Positions 52,201-64,000 of a stretch of DNA of 64,000 nucleotides are shown here, one piece after another. A program made the translations under genes and the position numbers. This DNA is from Tubulanus polymorphus. Lineage: Eukaryota; Animalia; Nemertea. The stretch spans positions 20,095,910-20,159,909 of the forward strand of contig NC_134031.1 of NCBI RefSeq assembly GCF_964204645.1. The letters are read 5' to 3'. Under the pieces are notes generated by a model that was not told the DNA's origin, ran no database searches, and was given only the letters and a program-made list of their open reading frames with translations. The stretch's first letter is position 1. Every line of letters starts with the position of its first letter.

Positions 52201-53277
52201 AGCTGATTTCTATCCGAAAGCACAGTCCGGCAGAATAATGGTAATGTGCTGGTGGTTTTTTACTATAATCATCCTCGCCACATACACCGCTGATCTTGCA
52301 GCCTATCTAACTGTGCCCGATATTCCGGCACCAGTGAACAGTTTGGAAGAGCTTCTCCTTCAACATCGCGTACAACCTATAACTACCACTGGTACTAGCA
52401 CCGAGTCCCTATTCAAGGTATCTGTTCCGAGTATCGATGTATTGACTTATTTTTCGCGTGGGTTCGATTTCGAAAATCATATTTATAGTGATGTTTCTTC
52501 TTTGTCGTGATAATTTTCATATTAAGACATACATGTTTTGTAGGGTGCGACTGATGGAACAGTGTATTCCCGAGTCGGGGATCGAATGAAGACTATGCCC
52601 AAAGTTTATAGTATGGAGGAAGCGACGGAATACGTAGATCAAGGAAATTGGGTTTATATCACAGACACATCCACTGCCGACTATGTAGTCAAGCATCCAT
52701 GTGGACAATACGTTGTAGCCGATGAAATCTTCTACATCACAGGATATGGTTTTGTTTTACCAGAGAATTCACAACTGAAAGAAGCCTTTGATGAAAGGTC
52801 TAATTACATTCGACTGTTATGTTTTTCTGTTCTTTATCTAACTGTATTCCTGAATAATCAATTTTGAATATCGCGCCAGCTCAAACTCGTCGGCCCTCCT
52901 TTATTCTACATCATGTATCCATTCGTTTCAGAATTATTCGACTGCACCAATCGGGTCTCTTGAAGAAATGGAACGATGCTTGGGCAGCAATGGACAGCGA
53001 TTGTAAGGACGACACAATTCATGCAGCCGTAATTAACCAGGGTATAGATCTAGAAACTATCATCGGACTTCTAGTTATACTAGGATGTTCTATTGGTCTA
53101 GCATTATTAGTGCTCGGTTTTGAGGTAGTCGTTTTTAATATGAAACAAAGACGGCTGAAAACTATTTCGGAATCGTTCGGGCGTCGTCGCCAGCGTGCGG
53201 ACAACTCCCGCGGTGAATGTGGAGTCGAGCTACAGCATGTGAACCGAATCGTATGGACAGATCATTCGTTATACTGA
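49224..53277 (+). CDS. Ionotropic glutamate receptor-family subunit (divergent)
   Basis: Signal exon MWHSAKRAF...; S1 WDGFCF, WSGMVG, ADVAVGPFTITDLRERFIDFTYPY; M2 WLTFGTILEQG; M3 WWFFTIIILATYTADLAAYLT; S2 GYGFVLP; M4. The 5' start is approximate. Confidence 0.88.
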
Positions 53278-54131
53278 TTGACTTAACAAAAACCTTTTAT
53301 TTCGTTTCTTGAATAGAAATTGTTGTTATCTTCTTCGATTTTGTTATCCACAGATGGGATGTAGTTTCAACTAATTTTGTTACACAATTTTATGTTAATT
53401 GAATGAAGAAATATGTATCTTATCCATAAAAGGTGCGTTTCAAAAGGATGAAATATTTCGTGTTACGGTCGTTTCTATTTCTACCTTAAAGTAGAAACAA
53501 ATGATAAAAAAAAACTGATGCTTATCAACCCTTTACTTTTGGTGCAGACTTGAGCACGCCATAGCATGAAAAGGTTGTCTCTCTCCCCACATCTGCTGGA
53601 TGCATTGTCTCAGTACGTCATCATAGAACTGCAGCTTATGTAGAATTGTTCCGTGAGATAGCGATGAATAAATACTAGGTCGTTCTGTCAAAGGGGCTCC
53701 TCAGTATCGTGGCACTGATCAGTTTTCGAAGATAAGAACGTATAACGTTGAAACATTATTCGAAAAACCATTGTCAGCTTTTTTATTCTCTTATTATGTA
53801 ACGTAATTTATTCATCAACGACTGTACAATCTATATCTTGTTTATATACAAATCATAATCCAACTGTACAGACAGAATATATACAACTACTAGATCTTCA
53901 ATCGCATCGGCGACCAGCGTAAAACTCCCCCAGTTCAATATCAGGTTTAAGTGATGTATACGTCAATCGGATACAGATAAATGCAACACAGAAGGCTCAC
54001 GAGAATAACACCGATTAACTAGTACAGTGGACCTACACAATTCAAAAAAAAACTTTGCCCGCTTTTCCAATTCCAATTACCAAGCTCCAGTTCCACTAGG
54101 TATGAGCATCTATTTCATTTTGAAGAATTCT

Positions 54132-56621
54132 TATTTCCAGTGGTAGTACAAACCCCCTGTAAAATTAATATCGGCAATGGTTATCAAATGAATGCGTTCA
54201 ACACGATTAAAGAACATCGACGGTATCTACTTTTTAGAAATATCTCGAAAACGACACCAAAATATTATACACGTCATAAATATTTGGGTCGAATTGTTAT
54301 TTCCGTGAATTACGTTGTAAGTAAATACACATGAAAACTCGTAAAAATCCAAACAGTTCGTAGAAACGATAGTTTGTACTGTTTCGACTCTCGGAAATGT
54401 AATGTTTCGTCGTTAGAGGAACATTTTTAATTTATTGATACACCGCAAAATGTTATCTATAGTTTAAAGCGTCGTGTCCCGAATACTTACTTCTTACAAC
54501 GTGCAAGTAGATACTCTTCACGGAATCACGGAATTCACAAGTGTACCATCCAGAGTTTTGCACGGTAGCGTTCATCAAATTATAAGTTACCATTTTTTCA
54601 CCAGATTCTGCAAAGGAGTAAATTGATGTTATTCAGTCCCGTGTTATTCGCTCGGTGAACGTCAGGCGTTTCACTGAACAGGGCCGAAAAAATCATGTGA
54701 AATTATGCTTATGATAACCATACATACCTAATACCTCTTCGCGGTCATTTCTTATCCGGATGTCGAGATGTCGCAATTTCTTTGAACTCTGACAGGTGAA
54801 GGTCACGTTCGTTCCTTCAGTGACCCAATTATAGGATGCTTCAAATCTCACTGCAAAACAACAAAAATTGGACAACTTAAATGAAATATTTGGTTACGTA
54901 ATGAGTACCGTATACTGATAGTAAAATAATGTTCTCGACTTGTATATACTCAGAGTACACAAACTTACAAAAATCGAATGCATCGATGATATTTTTTGTC
55001 CTAACAATTTCGCCGTCTGTATCCAACAAGTTGCATCGTATTGGCAAGTTGTTACTGTTAATACTGTTTATCTTGATAGTCAGTTTTCGCCCCGGTTCAC
55101 ACTTATTCGGTGTTGAGCACTTATCCTCGGTATAGACAGTGTTTCCAGCGCTCACTGATAGTGAGTAACTCGACGTCATCAAGCTGCTCCGATCTCCGAT
55201 AATTCTTCGTCTGCAATGTACTTCGACTTGGTCGCCTTCGAATGGATTTCTGGGTGTTATTCGTGTTGTTAGTCCCCCTATATTGAAATATACGCCATTA
55301 TTTCCTTGTTTTACAAAAATCCTTTGCTTAAGAAAAGTTTCTTTAATTTCAATTTTACATCTATTTTAAACCTCGTTTATATTTCATTTCGTGATGATAT
55401 ATATACATATATATATATAACGAACTATATGTAAACTTACCAATTTTAACATCGACCGGGGTTGATCGGAATTCGTTGAATTCGCACCAGTATTGTCCGG
55501 AATGTTGCAAGCCTACGTTCCGCAAACGAATTTGAGAAATTTTCGAAGTATTTTTCACACTTTTTATGTTCGAGTTCATCTCTTTATTCGGAACGAGCAG
55601 GTTTTCCTTGAACCAGAAATGCAACTGACTGTTGGTTCCTGGAAGTTCGATCAGTTTTGTACAAGTTAGATCGATGAATCCACCCTCAGGAACATTACTA
55701 CCGGGCCGCGCTTCTAATGCCAACTTCTCTGTAATCATAAATAACCAGAAATTACAATTTTAATTCCCAGAACCGATTGCGAGTTAATTTTTGAAAGAAA
55801 GATGATGACTCTGGAAAAAGTGTTTCTCAATTCGACCATTTATGTTTATGAATTATAGATGATTCTAGACTTGCAGGTTTCATTTAGATTTCTTACCAAT
55901 TTTAAAATCAATTGATCTGTTTATTGATCCGAATTCACAAAGGAAGTTTTCCTCATCGGCGAGTTTTATGTCGGATATTACAGCGCACAACTGCCGTTTG
56001 AAATCTGTTTGTCCCTTGCATTTGACGATAGCGACTTTTCTGCGACTTTTAAGCGATTTACCGTCGTAGGCTAGAATTTCGAAAGGTTCATGTTGAATCA
56101 GTTTCATAGTGCTGCCTTCAAACCGATCTCCGTTGTAAAGGCATTCGATTTCCAAACTTCCACCAACTCGCAATATTTCAGGTCGGGTCGTAACGCTGAG
56201 ACCAGATGCCGTGGATCCTGCTGTGGCTACTGAAAAAACGACGCCGTATTCATAGGATTTCAATAACAGCATATCAAGAATCACAATTTGATAGATAAAA
56301 TACATTTCGATAAATCCATTAACAATGTTTAAACATCCAACTAAATGTGTATCTGCATGTACGCATGGCATACACAACTGTCATTATCATGGCCTAGTTG
56401 TCCGTAGATAGTAATACGTATTTAGTCTATTTGAAATTATGATTTTTTTAATTGCTTCCGAAACAAATCAAGAGATACTGCAATAATTAATACATTTTAC
56501 ACGATCTCATGATGTAGACAGAAATGAAATCATCAGGTGCAATTTAACGGCGATTATAAAGGCGGTTTTGACCTTAGCAGAATAACCTATTGTAACATTA
56601 TGAGATATTATCGCGGTTTTT

Positions 56622-56659
<38 letters not shown>

Positions 56660-57105
56660 AAAAACGGCGATAATATCTCATAATGGTACGACAGATTTCT
56701 CCCCCTGATAACGAGCATTTCGTTTACAACAAGAGACTTAGTGTATCGACTATGTTTTCCGTCGCTCAGGTTGGGTTTTCCGCAATCTTAATCGGGAATT
56801 CCAATGAAAGCGAGTGTAATATGCACTGCGTGAGAAATACCGAGGAATATTGCCGCGATGTGAACGGCTGTGTCACCGTTTATTTGGTTAGACAGTTATT
56901 TAGTTCAGAAGTTCACTGTCAAATCGCTTGAAACGGGTTCACAACAAGATATGATTTATAGTTTGTATGAAGATAATACAATAAAGTCGGATAATGCATT
57001 GTCTGAAAGTCTCCTCACTAAAAACTAAATTATTTGAGTCTTACCTGTCAATGCTGTCACCAATACACAGGTTCCCAGTACAATTCCGATGTTTTGTCTT
57101 CTCAT
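54132..57105 (-). CDS. Ig-superfamily protein with about 4 Ig-like domains (3' end uncertain)
   Basis: Signal exon MRRQNIGIVLGTCVLVTALT; phase-1 Ig exons (GGSLEIEC...ADEENFLCEF; GGFIDLTC...HSGQYWCEF; GDQVEVHC...IRC; GTNVTFTC...NSGWYTCEF). Confidence 0.75.
56596..56685. repeat. Near-perfect 90-bp palindrome centred on (TA)n
   Basis: CATTATGAGATATTATCGC.GTTTTTTAC-(TA)n-GTAAAAAAC.GCGATAATATCTCATAATG. Confidence 0.9.
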
Positions 57106-58426
57106 TCTGAAGTGTTGTGTGCTCGTTCTAAGGCTTGCGGTTGACTGATATGTCGATAAACCACAATGCTGTAATATATATCACGTTTGGTTTGGTTTTT
57201 CCCGTGTGCTATGTTTTGCTGCGGGTTTTTTTTCAGCACCAGCGCTACTTCAAACATCAGATGATTAAGAATTTCTTTTTTTAATCGAATCAATTAAATC
57301 AATTGTATCTATTCAATTCAACATGCGTCAATTCGTCACTGATTCAACTTCCTCTTGCAGACTCATATCATCCATTCAAACGACAATACGTATTGGAATT
57401 CACACCACAGTTAAATTTAAAGTTGAATTACGTGTTCCACTTATACCTGTTTCCGCGTTATAAAAGATGAGCTTTTGTGATTAATAAGTTTTTGTTATAG
57501 ATTTAATGACGACATGCTGTGAGTCAGTATGAAATGATTAGTAATTCCTTGTTTACCTTATTTCCTAAACTAGCAAAAACGATGGAAATTATCGCGCGAT
57601 GAGTGCACTTCTATTGTTATTCACTATGACATGATGTTCTTATTGTACGTGTCATCGAAATAAACAATAAATGATAATAAACGAATTGGCAATAAAATCA
57701 ATTAAAAAACCCGAAAATTGATTCAAATAAGAGAAACCCCAATAAGCAAAACGTCTTTGTTTTTCAATTCCACAAATAGAATTTTTACTTCGTTTTAAAA
57801 TTGTACATAATATGGGTGAGTTTTTCAAAATCGATCTTTCTTTCAAAGAAATTCATGAATTTCTTTCATATTTGTCGAAAAATGCAGTTTTTCCACATAC
57901 ATCTAACGTTGATTAAACCCAAAAGAGTTCGTGTAGATCAGCGTTTCTCATTATATAGAAACATTCTCAGACAAAGGTGATCCCATTACAAGCAGATATT
58001 CTAGATGCGATTCTGAGAACTTTGTTAACAGATTTATTTGTTCCACGCCAAGGATATAATGATATTTTTTCTCTCCTTTTCAACAACAAGAAAACAACAA
58101 ATGAGTAAGACCCGTCACTTCTCCCTCAAGAAATATATACAAGATAATTATTCACATTTTAAACGAAGAAATAAACAAAATATACACATATATACTGTAA
58201 ACACAATTGCATTGTACGGAAATACATCGCATTTGTTGCGATTCTGTGATTCATACAACTGCTGACTCTGAAACGAGTTTATTAGAGTCCATGATATAAC
58301 CAGAGAAAAGAAATGAACAACGAAAAACATCATTAGTCAATCAAAATAAGTCCTAGCAAAAAGATGTTCCCAGATTCAACTGTTAGAATTAGATGCGGAA
58401 CTCATAAATATTTTTAATGAGCAATG

Positions 58427-61400
58427 TCATCTGAAGTCAGTTACTTCTGAACACGTGGTCGCTAGCGATATGGTCGACAGTCTCGAATCCCGTAATTCAA
58501 TCACGAAACTACTGTCGTTGTTATTCGGGCATTTCGCGGCGTTTCTACCGGTCGCTTCTTCTTTGCTGCAGCGTCCGCCGAAACGACGCCTTTTTAACAA
58601 CTTGTATACGCGACGATTGCAGACGAATGCGATGAATATGAACAAACCCTGAGTACAGTTCGTAAATGTGAACAGAATGCCCAAAATATGTAAAGTGTAA
58701 CAAGTAACGGGCGTCGGTGATGTAGTAAACCCGCTGACTAGTGCCGACGCGATACCGAAAATCCAATTAAAACCCATAACTGTAGATATTCGCACGTAGA
58801 CTTTCAGGTTGTTTTCTGCGGGTAAAGTCGTCACAGAACTCCTACGAGTTTTTGTTTTAGCCTTAATTTTGCAGGCTTTTATCGCGATGACGGTTCGCGC
58901 GAACATTAAAGCATTCGTTAATAAAATAACCAGGATAGGCATACCGAATGAGATCAGAGTGGCTTTTGGTTCCTGTATCCAGCAGACTAGTTGATCGTCT
59001 ACTTGTTGTAGTTTTTCCACGCATGTTTCGTTTGTCGGACATTTTACCGGCTTCGATATAAACGTCCCGCGTCGTCGACCGTAGCCGAAATAGACTCCCA
59101 TCTCTTCGAAATAATCGACGAAATCAAGGATACAACATATCGTGATGATGATAGCCGGGGTACCCCATGCGTATAGAGAATACCTACGAAAATGGGTGGA
59201 TCCGTGATTTTTTAGTCTAACCAGGAATTTACAAGCCGAAAATGTCTTATACGCGTCGTAAGACATAACGTTCGTCCAAAAGAACATGGCTAGAAACAGA
59301 TAGTGCATTACGATAGCGACCGTAGTACAGATTATTGGTTGGTTTTCCGACTGCACAGATCCGAACAGAAGGCAACATTCGGCTGGAAGTAACGCCAGAA
59401 TCAGGTTGATCGTACACCAACCGGGCACGGTGCGTAACGGTTTCAATAGCGCGAAAGTGATCAAAGTTAGAATTAATGCGAGGAGCGTAAGAGAACCTAG
59501 AACTAATGTGCCGTATGTCTGCACCAGCACGAAAGTCATAGCCTCTGGTACGTTGCACACCAATCGCGAATTATATAGATCTGTAGGGCGCGAACCTCCG
59601 CCGATGTCCTGCATACAAATTTCAACCGAACCGTTATCTTTGAATTCGTATTGATCCAGCGTCAATAAAATATCGGAATATTTCAACGATCGATTATTCT
59701 CCAGTATTTTGTATTCGCCGAACTTCAGTTTGATTCTGGCGCAAGAGGAATCTTTTATTTTGGGCATTTTTTCGCAGACGAACACGAAACCGGTGATGTC
59801 GGAGTCCCACATTGTACCGTGCACAACCACAGTCAAGTCGAATTCACCTTCGCAGTAAGACTTTGCCGTCTTATTGATATGCACTTCGGTTACGTTTCGT
59901 TGTTGCTCGTCGGACCATTTAAACGTCAAATAGAAATCGTTGTCCAGATACATCCGTTTGTGTCCGTTTTTACACCAATCGAGAAGCGACGGATTTCTGT
60001 CACCGGTCATCGAACTGTCGTTCTTAGAAAACTCGTCGAACGAAAAACTTAGCTCTGTATCAGTGACATTTATCGTTCCGACATCTTCAAAAAAGTCCTG
60101 TCGATCTTCGGAAATCCCGTCAACGTCGACTTTCAGAGAGAGTTCAGCCTCTAAGAATCCTCTCTCTTCAATTCTATCCCGATCTTCATCTTTAACCAGC
60201 ATCTCAATAGACGATATACGTTCCATGCTTACATTAAATTGACTACTCATTTCATTTAGTAAATAGTATTCCATGTCATCTTCGTCCAACTTCGTCAGTT
60301 CTTCGCCTCTTATTTGCACTTTACATCCTACTGACAGCGATGTCGGAGGTTTACTCCCGCAATCCGGTTCTTCAATTATCAAGTCCGGACGCAGGCATTT
60401 ACCGTTTATAGGTTCGAAACCGGGCTGGCAAATAACTTTCCGACACTTTCTCTTGAACGGGTCGAAAATCTCGTCCGGGAAACAGTTTTTGCCAACAGAA
60501 CCGGAGCCGCTAGCGCTGCTCGTCAGCAAAACGTGCGATCTTCCATCGAAGCCAAAGTTCATGAGTAAGGCGAATGATATTGAGTACGCTTTCCCTGGCC
60601 TCATGTCCGTCGATATTGTTGGCGGTGGTATACTTGGATAAACAGGCACGCGCCGTCTGGTGCGATAAGTTGGTGGTAAGATTTCTCGTTCAGGTGTCAT
60701 CGATGTAAAAGAAACAAAGAGCTCTTGACTGAGTTCATTCATGTTGAAGCTCCCGATCACCTCTGTTACCTCCCGTGGATGGCAATGTTGAAGTTTCGTA
60801 TCCTTTCCTGGAATAAGCGCGCTTTTGCGACCGAAATTTATACCCAGATATTTGAAAAGCTCGGCATCTTCGGTATTTCGATATTTGAAAAAGTCCGTGA
60901 ATGACACATCTTCGCACAGAGCTTCTCGAATCCAAACGGCCACTTCGCTGGCAAAATTACAACTGGCGCAAAACATATTTCTGTACGTCATTCCTTTATC
61001 GTCTGTTACTGGAAGGTCATCGATAACATCGTCAGACTTTTCAATATGACAAGCCGAATAGATACGTCCCATGAAGACGTCAGTTTTGGACGGCCATTGC
61101 GGTGAGCAATATTGTATGTATTGAAAAGGTAAGATGCCTTTGTAATCTAACATTCGAACGCATTGAGGAAATCTTTCAATTTTTCTCGAGTTTTTCACAT
61201 CGATGAGTAGATCGCTTGAAGAAGCGAGTAGCAATGCAACGTCTCTTGTCGAAACTGCGCCAGGCGCATCGGCCAAACTTGGACAAAATCTCGCTACTCT
61301 GCGACAACAATCAGTATGGGAGCAGTGTTCCGAACAACAGCATCTTAAATCTTCTGGACATTGATCGGTGCATAGTTCATTGCATAACTGTTCAGAACTC

Positions 61401-61513
61401 ACGTCTTCGATTTTTCCGAGATCGGCGTTTCGATTTTCATGATATAGTAATTGACACTGGACGACAGCGCTGATATAGAGAACGATCATGAGGAGCAGAG
61501 ATTTAGCAGCCAT
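58427..61513 (-). CDS. Intronless Methuselah/adhesion-like class B GPCR with long Cys-rich ectodomain
   Basis: 1028 aa; signal peptide; PVTD...TYRNMFCASCN motif; 7TM with CTTVAIVMHYLFLAMFFW, YAWGTP, CWI, MGFNWIFG, QGLFIFIAF; no GPS motif recognised. Confidence 0.9.
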   Translation of the reverse strand: MAAKSLLLMIVLYISAVVQCQLLYHENRNADLGKIEDVSSEQLCNELCTDQCPEDLRCCCSEHCSHTDCCRRVARFCPSLADAPGAVSTRDVALLLASSSDLLIDVKNSRKIERFPQCVRMLDYKGILPFQYIQYCSPQWPSKTDVFMGRIYSACHIEKSDDVIDDLPVTDDKGMTYRNMFCASCNFASEVAVWIREALCEDVSFTDFFKYRNTEDAELFKYLGINFGRKSALIPGKDTKLQHCHPREVTEVIGSFNMNELSQELFVSFTSMTPEREILPPTYRTRRRVPVYPSIPPPTISTDMRPGKAYSISFALLMNFGFDGRSHVLLTSSASGSGSVGKNCFPDEIFDPFKRKCRKVICQPGFEPINGKCLRPDLIIEEPDCGSKPPTSLSVGCKVQIRGEELTKLDEDDMEYYLLNEMSSQFNVSMERISSIEMLVKDEDRDRIEERGFLEAELSLKVDVDGISEDRQDFFEDVGTINVTDTELSFSFDEFSKNDSSMTGDRNPSLLDWCKNGHKRMYLDNDFYLTFKWSDEQQRNVTEVHINKTAKSYCEGEFDLTVVVHGTMWDSDITGFVFVCEKMPKIKDSSCARIKLKFGEYKILENNRSLKYSDILLTLDQYEFKDNGSVEICMQDIGGGSRPTDLYNSRLVCNVPEAMTFVLVQTYGTLVLGSLTLLALILTLITFALLKPLRTVPGWCTINLILALLPAECCLLFGSVQSENQPIICTTVAIVMHYLFLAMFFWTNVMSYDAYKTFSACKFLVRLKNHGSTHFRRYSLYAWGTPAIIITICCILDFVDYFEEMGVYFGYGRRRGTFISKPVKCPTNETCVEKLQQVDDQLVCWIQEPKATLISFGMPILVILLTNALMFARTVIAIKACKIKAKTKTRRSSVTTLPAENNLKVYVRISTVMGFNWIFGIASALVSGFTTSPTPVTCYTLHILGILFTFTNCTQGLFIFIAFVCNRRVYKLLKRRRFGGRCSKEEATGRNAAKCPNNNDSSFVIELRDSRLSTISLATTCSEVTDFR

Positions 61514-63143
61514 TTTATCAGAATGTTCACGGAGTTAATGGGAAGTCGCGTTTACGATCGGTCCGGTATCTAAAAACGCCTGGAACTTTATCTAGCGAGG
61601 GTCGTGTTGGAATGAACATCGAATTATTGAAATATATCAGACTGGGGTCTATAACCTATCTATAACCACGACAGTGCGATAGTGCTTTCATGTCTGAAAG
61701 AATGCTTGAAAATCAAGATGGCAATGTAGTATTTAACTACATTGAAAGGTCTGACTAGCTTTTGATTTGCATCCTTTTTTCTTTTATTACCAGCTGTGTG
61801 GGTTACGTTTGACATCCATAAGATGAAATCCATTCGATTTTCAAATACGACAAAGTCCGTTATAAAGACATCATGTTCAATGCCACTGCTCATTAAATGT
61901 CAACTTTTTCAGACAACAAATTTGCACAATCTACGTAACTCGAATTCAATGAAATCATTCTCTATAACGCTGTCAAATTTGTTATAACATATTTTTCTTT
62001 GGTCACAATAATTTACTCTATTCAACCAGAGTGTCAAATTACAACTCTGAACTGAATCCCGATCGCTATGCCTGGTGAATTATGCTATTGTATTAAGGAC
62101 ACTATTCGGAATCCCACCGGTGTCCTCGCAGAACATTTCAATTTAAAAGCTTCACAGAAATCAAGCAAGTAGTTTTGAACAAATGGTACAATTCCCACGA
62201 AACAATAAACACCAGTTGACCTACGCGGCCATATTTCAGTAGCTTTTGATATCTGATAAAACATCTCAGATTTCAACTGAACCAATTTAAGAACAGTTAA
62301 CTGTACAACTTTAAAAGGGATTTCAGACATTTTGTTCAAATTAAAGGAGTTCCAAGCAGCTTTAAAAGCAGTTTTTAAGGAATCAAAGAGTCGTGCTGGG
62401 TTCCCTATCGTCGATCTCGTCACTGAGTGGAAGCTCCCGAAAACACCAACAACCGGAATCCGCTTTGTTTCGAGATAACCATAACAAACCGAACCACTTT
62501 CAATTATCACATGAACTCCTTTTATTTAGTAAATTCAACAGCTCGTCATCAAAATATCAATTATGAATCATTACAAATGATCGCAACAAAATTCAGGGAT
62601 GAAACAAACCACAATATATTCATACTTGAACCGGATTGAATTAAAATTTACAAATTTCTGTCATAATCAATAAGTCAAATTACACGGTATTCTTGAATAC
62701 CAAAATATCAATAATATCAAAAGAAAATCTAACAATAACTCAGGCAGTACAGTAGATTCCGCTCAAATCGAATCTGGCCAACTTTCATTAAACTGTTTAA
62801 CACAGATATTTCATTGGAAATATCTTGCCGACCCCATACAAGAACTCCTACAAATTTTTCGCAATCTTAAATAGATTCGACTTTGAGCGGTGTTGTAGCA
62901 CCAAAATATCGGTTATTCATGGTTTTGAAACTATTTTCATCGCAGTGAAATGCACCTTTTTAAGACCATATTCGTAAATACGTGGAAATAACTACAATTA
63001 CAACGAATTTAACACAAAATATCAATCAACTCATTCATGGAAAACAACAAGATTCTAGTCTTTTAGAAGGACGTTCATTCTGTATTAAATTGATCTCTCA
63101 TAAAAAATCTTCCACCATTATTCTTTTATAAACACACATTGTA

Positions 63144-63379
63144 CAGGCGCGGATCCAGGAGAGTGCTTTAGGCGCTAGAGCACCCCCACCCCTTTGAAAG
63201 ATTTCCTTTGCATTATTTATTTTCCTTTCAAAGTACAAAGTACATTTACGTGCGAGAGATGATCAAGCAGTGCTTAAAAACGCTCAGAATGCATGAAAAT
63301 GAGACGAATTCTGAAGAATTTTCTTGGGGATGAATAGCAAAGAGCACCCCCAACTTTGAAAATCTTGGATCCGTTCCTG
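63144..63379. mobile_element. hAT-like MITE
   Basis: CAGGCGCGGATCCAGGA ... TCTTGGATCCGTTCCTG; internal GAGCACCCCC repeats. Confidence 0.6.
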
Positions 63380-63832
63380 TTCCCTGTTGTACGCAACCAT
63401 TTTATATATATATATTCCCATCTAATATCATCCTACAGCGGAACCTAATAACAATATATCATTCAAATATCAATACCGGGTACAGAGGTCGTATTCAATG
63501 ACATCATTTCAATAACTGGTGATGGTTTTGCTCGTGATGAATACAACAAATATTTGAAAGAAAAAGTAAACGGAGGAAGAAATATTTTAAATCCAGCGTT
63601 ACAAATCATATTTGATTTGTTTTGCTGCGAATGGAAGTCACAGCTTTTGCAGGTTTTTAAAGAGTTTTTTTTAAATATTAATACCGAATCAATTTAAATG
63701 GCATTGAAAAAAAGTTAGGAGTAAGGTAGGTAGGACCAGCACAAGCGATTGAATCGTTTTTTTAATACCACCGGTCATATAGCTCTGTTGTCAGCTGAAT
63801 GATTTCCGATTGAAGTTTATTCATCTCGTCGA

Positions 63833-63934
63833 TCATTCCCATTCGGTCGTTCCGGGAGGTTTCGCCGTTAAGTCGTACATCACCCGCGATATTCCCGGCA
63901 CAGTCAGTATCTGCGACACCATTTGCTCAATGAC
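63833..63934 (-). CDS. GMPS: GMP synthase, final coding exon
   Basis: ttgcag|VIEQMVSQILTVPGISRVMYDLTAKPPGTTEWE*; the KPPGTTEWE C-terminus is diagnostic. Confidence 0.95.
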   Translation of the reverse strand, partial: VIEQMVSQILTVPGISRVMYDLTAKPPGTTEWE

Positions 63935-64000
63935 CTGCAAGTCAAACCGATGAATTATGATTTTTCGATTAAAAAGGCACGTTTTTGAAATACGAGGACA

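Noticed and set aside
58455-61473. Many short ORFs overlapping the large GPCR, and similar shadow ORFs over GAPDH and Kv
   Set aside because: Antisense or alternate-frame shadows of real coding sequence
62085-62510. 141-aa minus-strand ORF flanked by CGGAATCC direct repeats
   Set aside because: No recognisable motif, splice context or convincing TIR; left unassigned

Overview
Compact, AT-rich, intron-containing animal genomic DNA. The gene content suggests a lophotrochozoan or other marine invertebrate (inference only). It is not prokaryotic: no CRISPR array, rRNA or intact tRNA was seen. Spliced genes were assembled by hand from GT/GC-AG junctions. In order: RB1CC1/FIP200 last exon; an uncharacterised ubiquitin-like + 4TM + ARM-repeat membrane protein; TMEM44 head-to-head with GAPDH; two paralogous secreted short C-type-lectin-domain precursors ending in aromatic-Gly-stop; a spinster-like MFS transporter; a cluster of intronless class-A GPCRs (2 intact, 1 frameshifted, 1 fragment) with an antistasin-repeat gene inside it that the ORF track misses; a Shaw/Kv3-like channel lacking the PVP hinge; a 3-domain gelsolin; an ionotropic glutamate receptor; a multi-Ig gene; an intronless Methuselah/adhesion-like GPCR; and the last exon of GMP synthase. 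Non-coding DNA is rich in MITEs and foldbacks. It also holds two Penelope-like remnants (one with a complete minimal hammerhead ribozyme motif), several 18-35 bp palindromic insertions with 7-bp target duplications, and a 339-bp element whose inverted arms carry an outward-facing CCAAT/NRF1-like/B-box cassette. Exon boundaries are manual estimates and no database searches were run.
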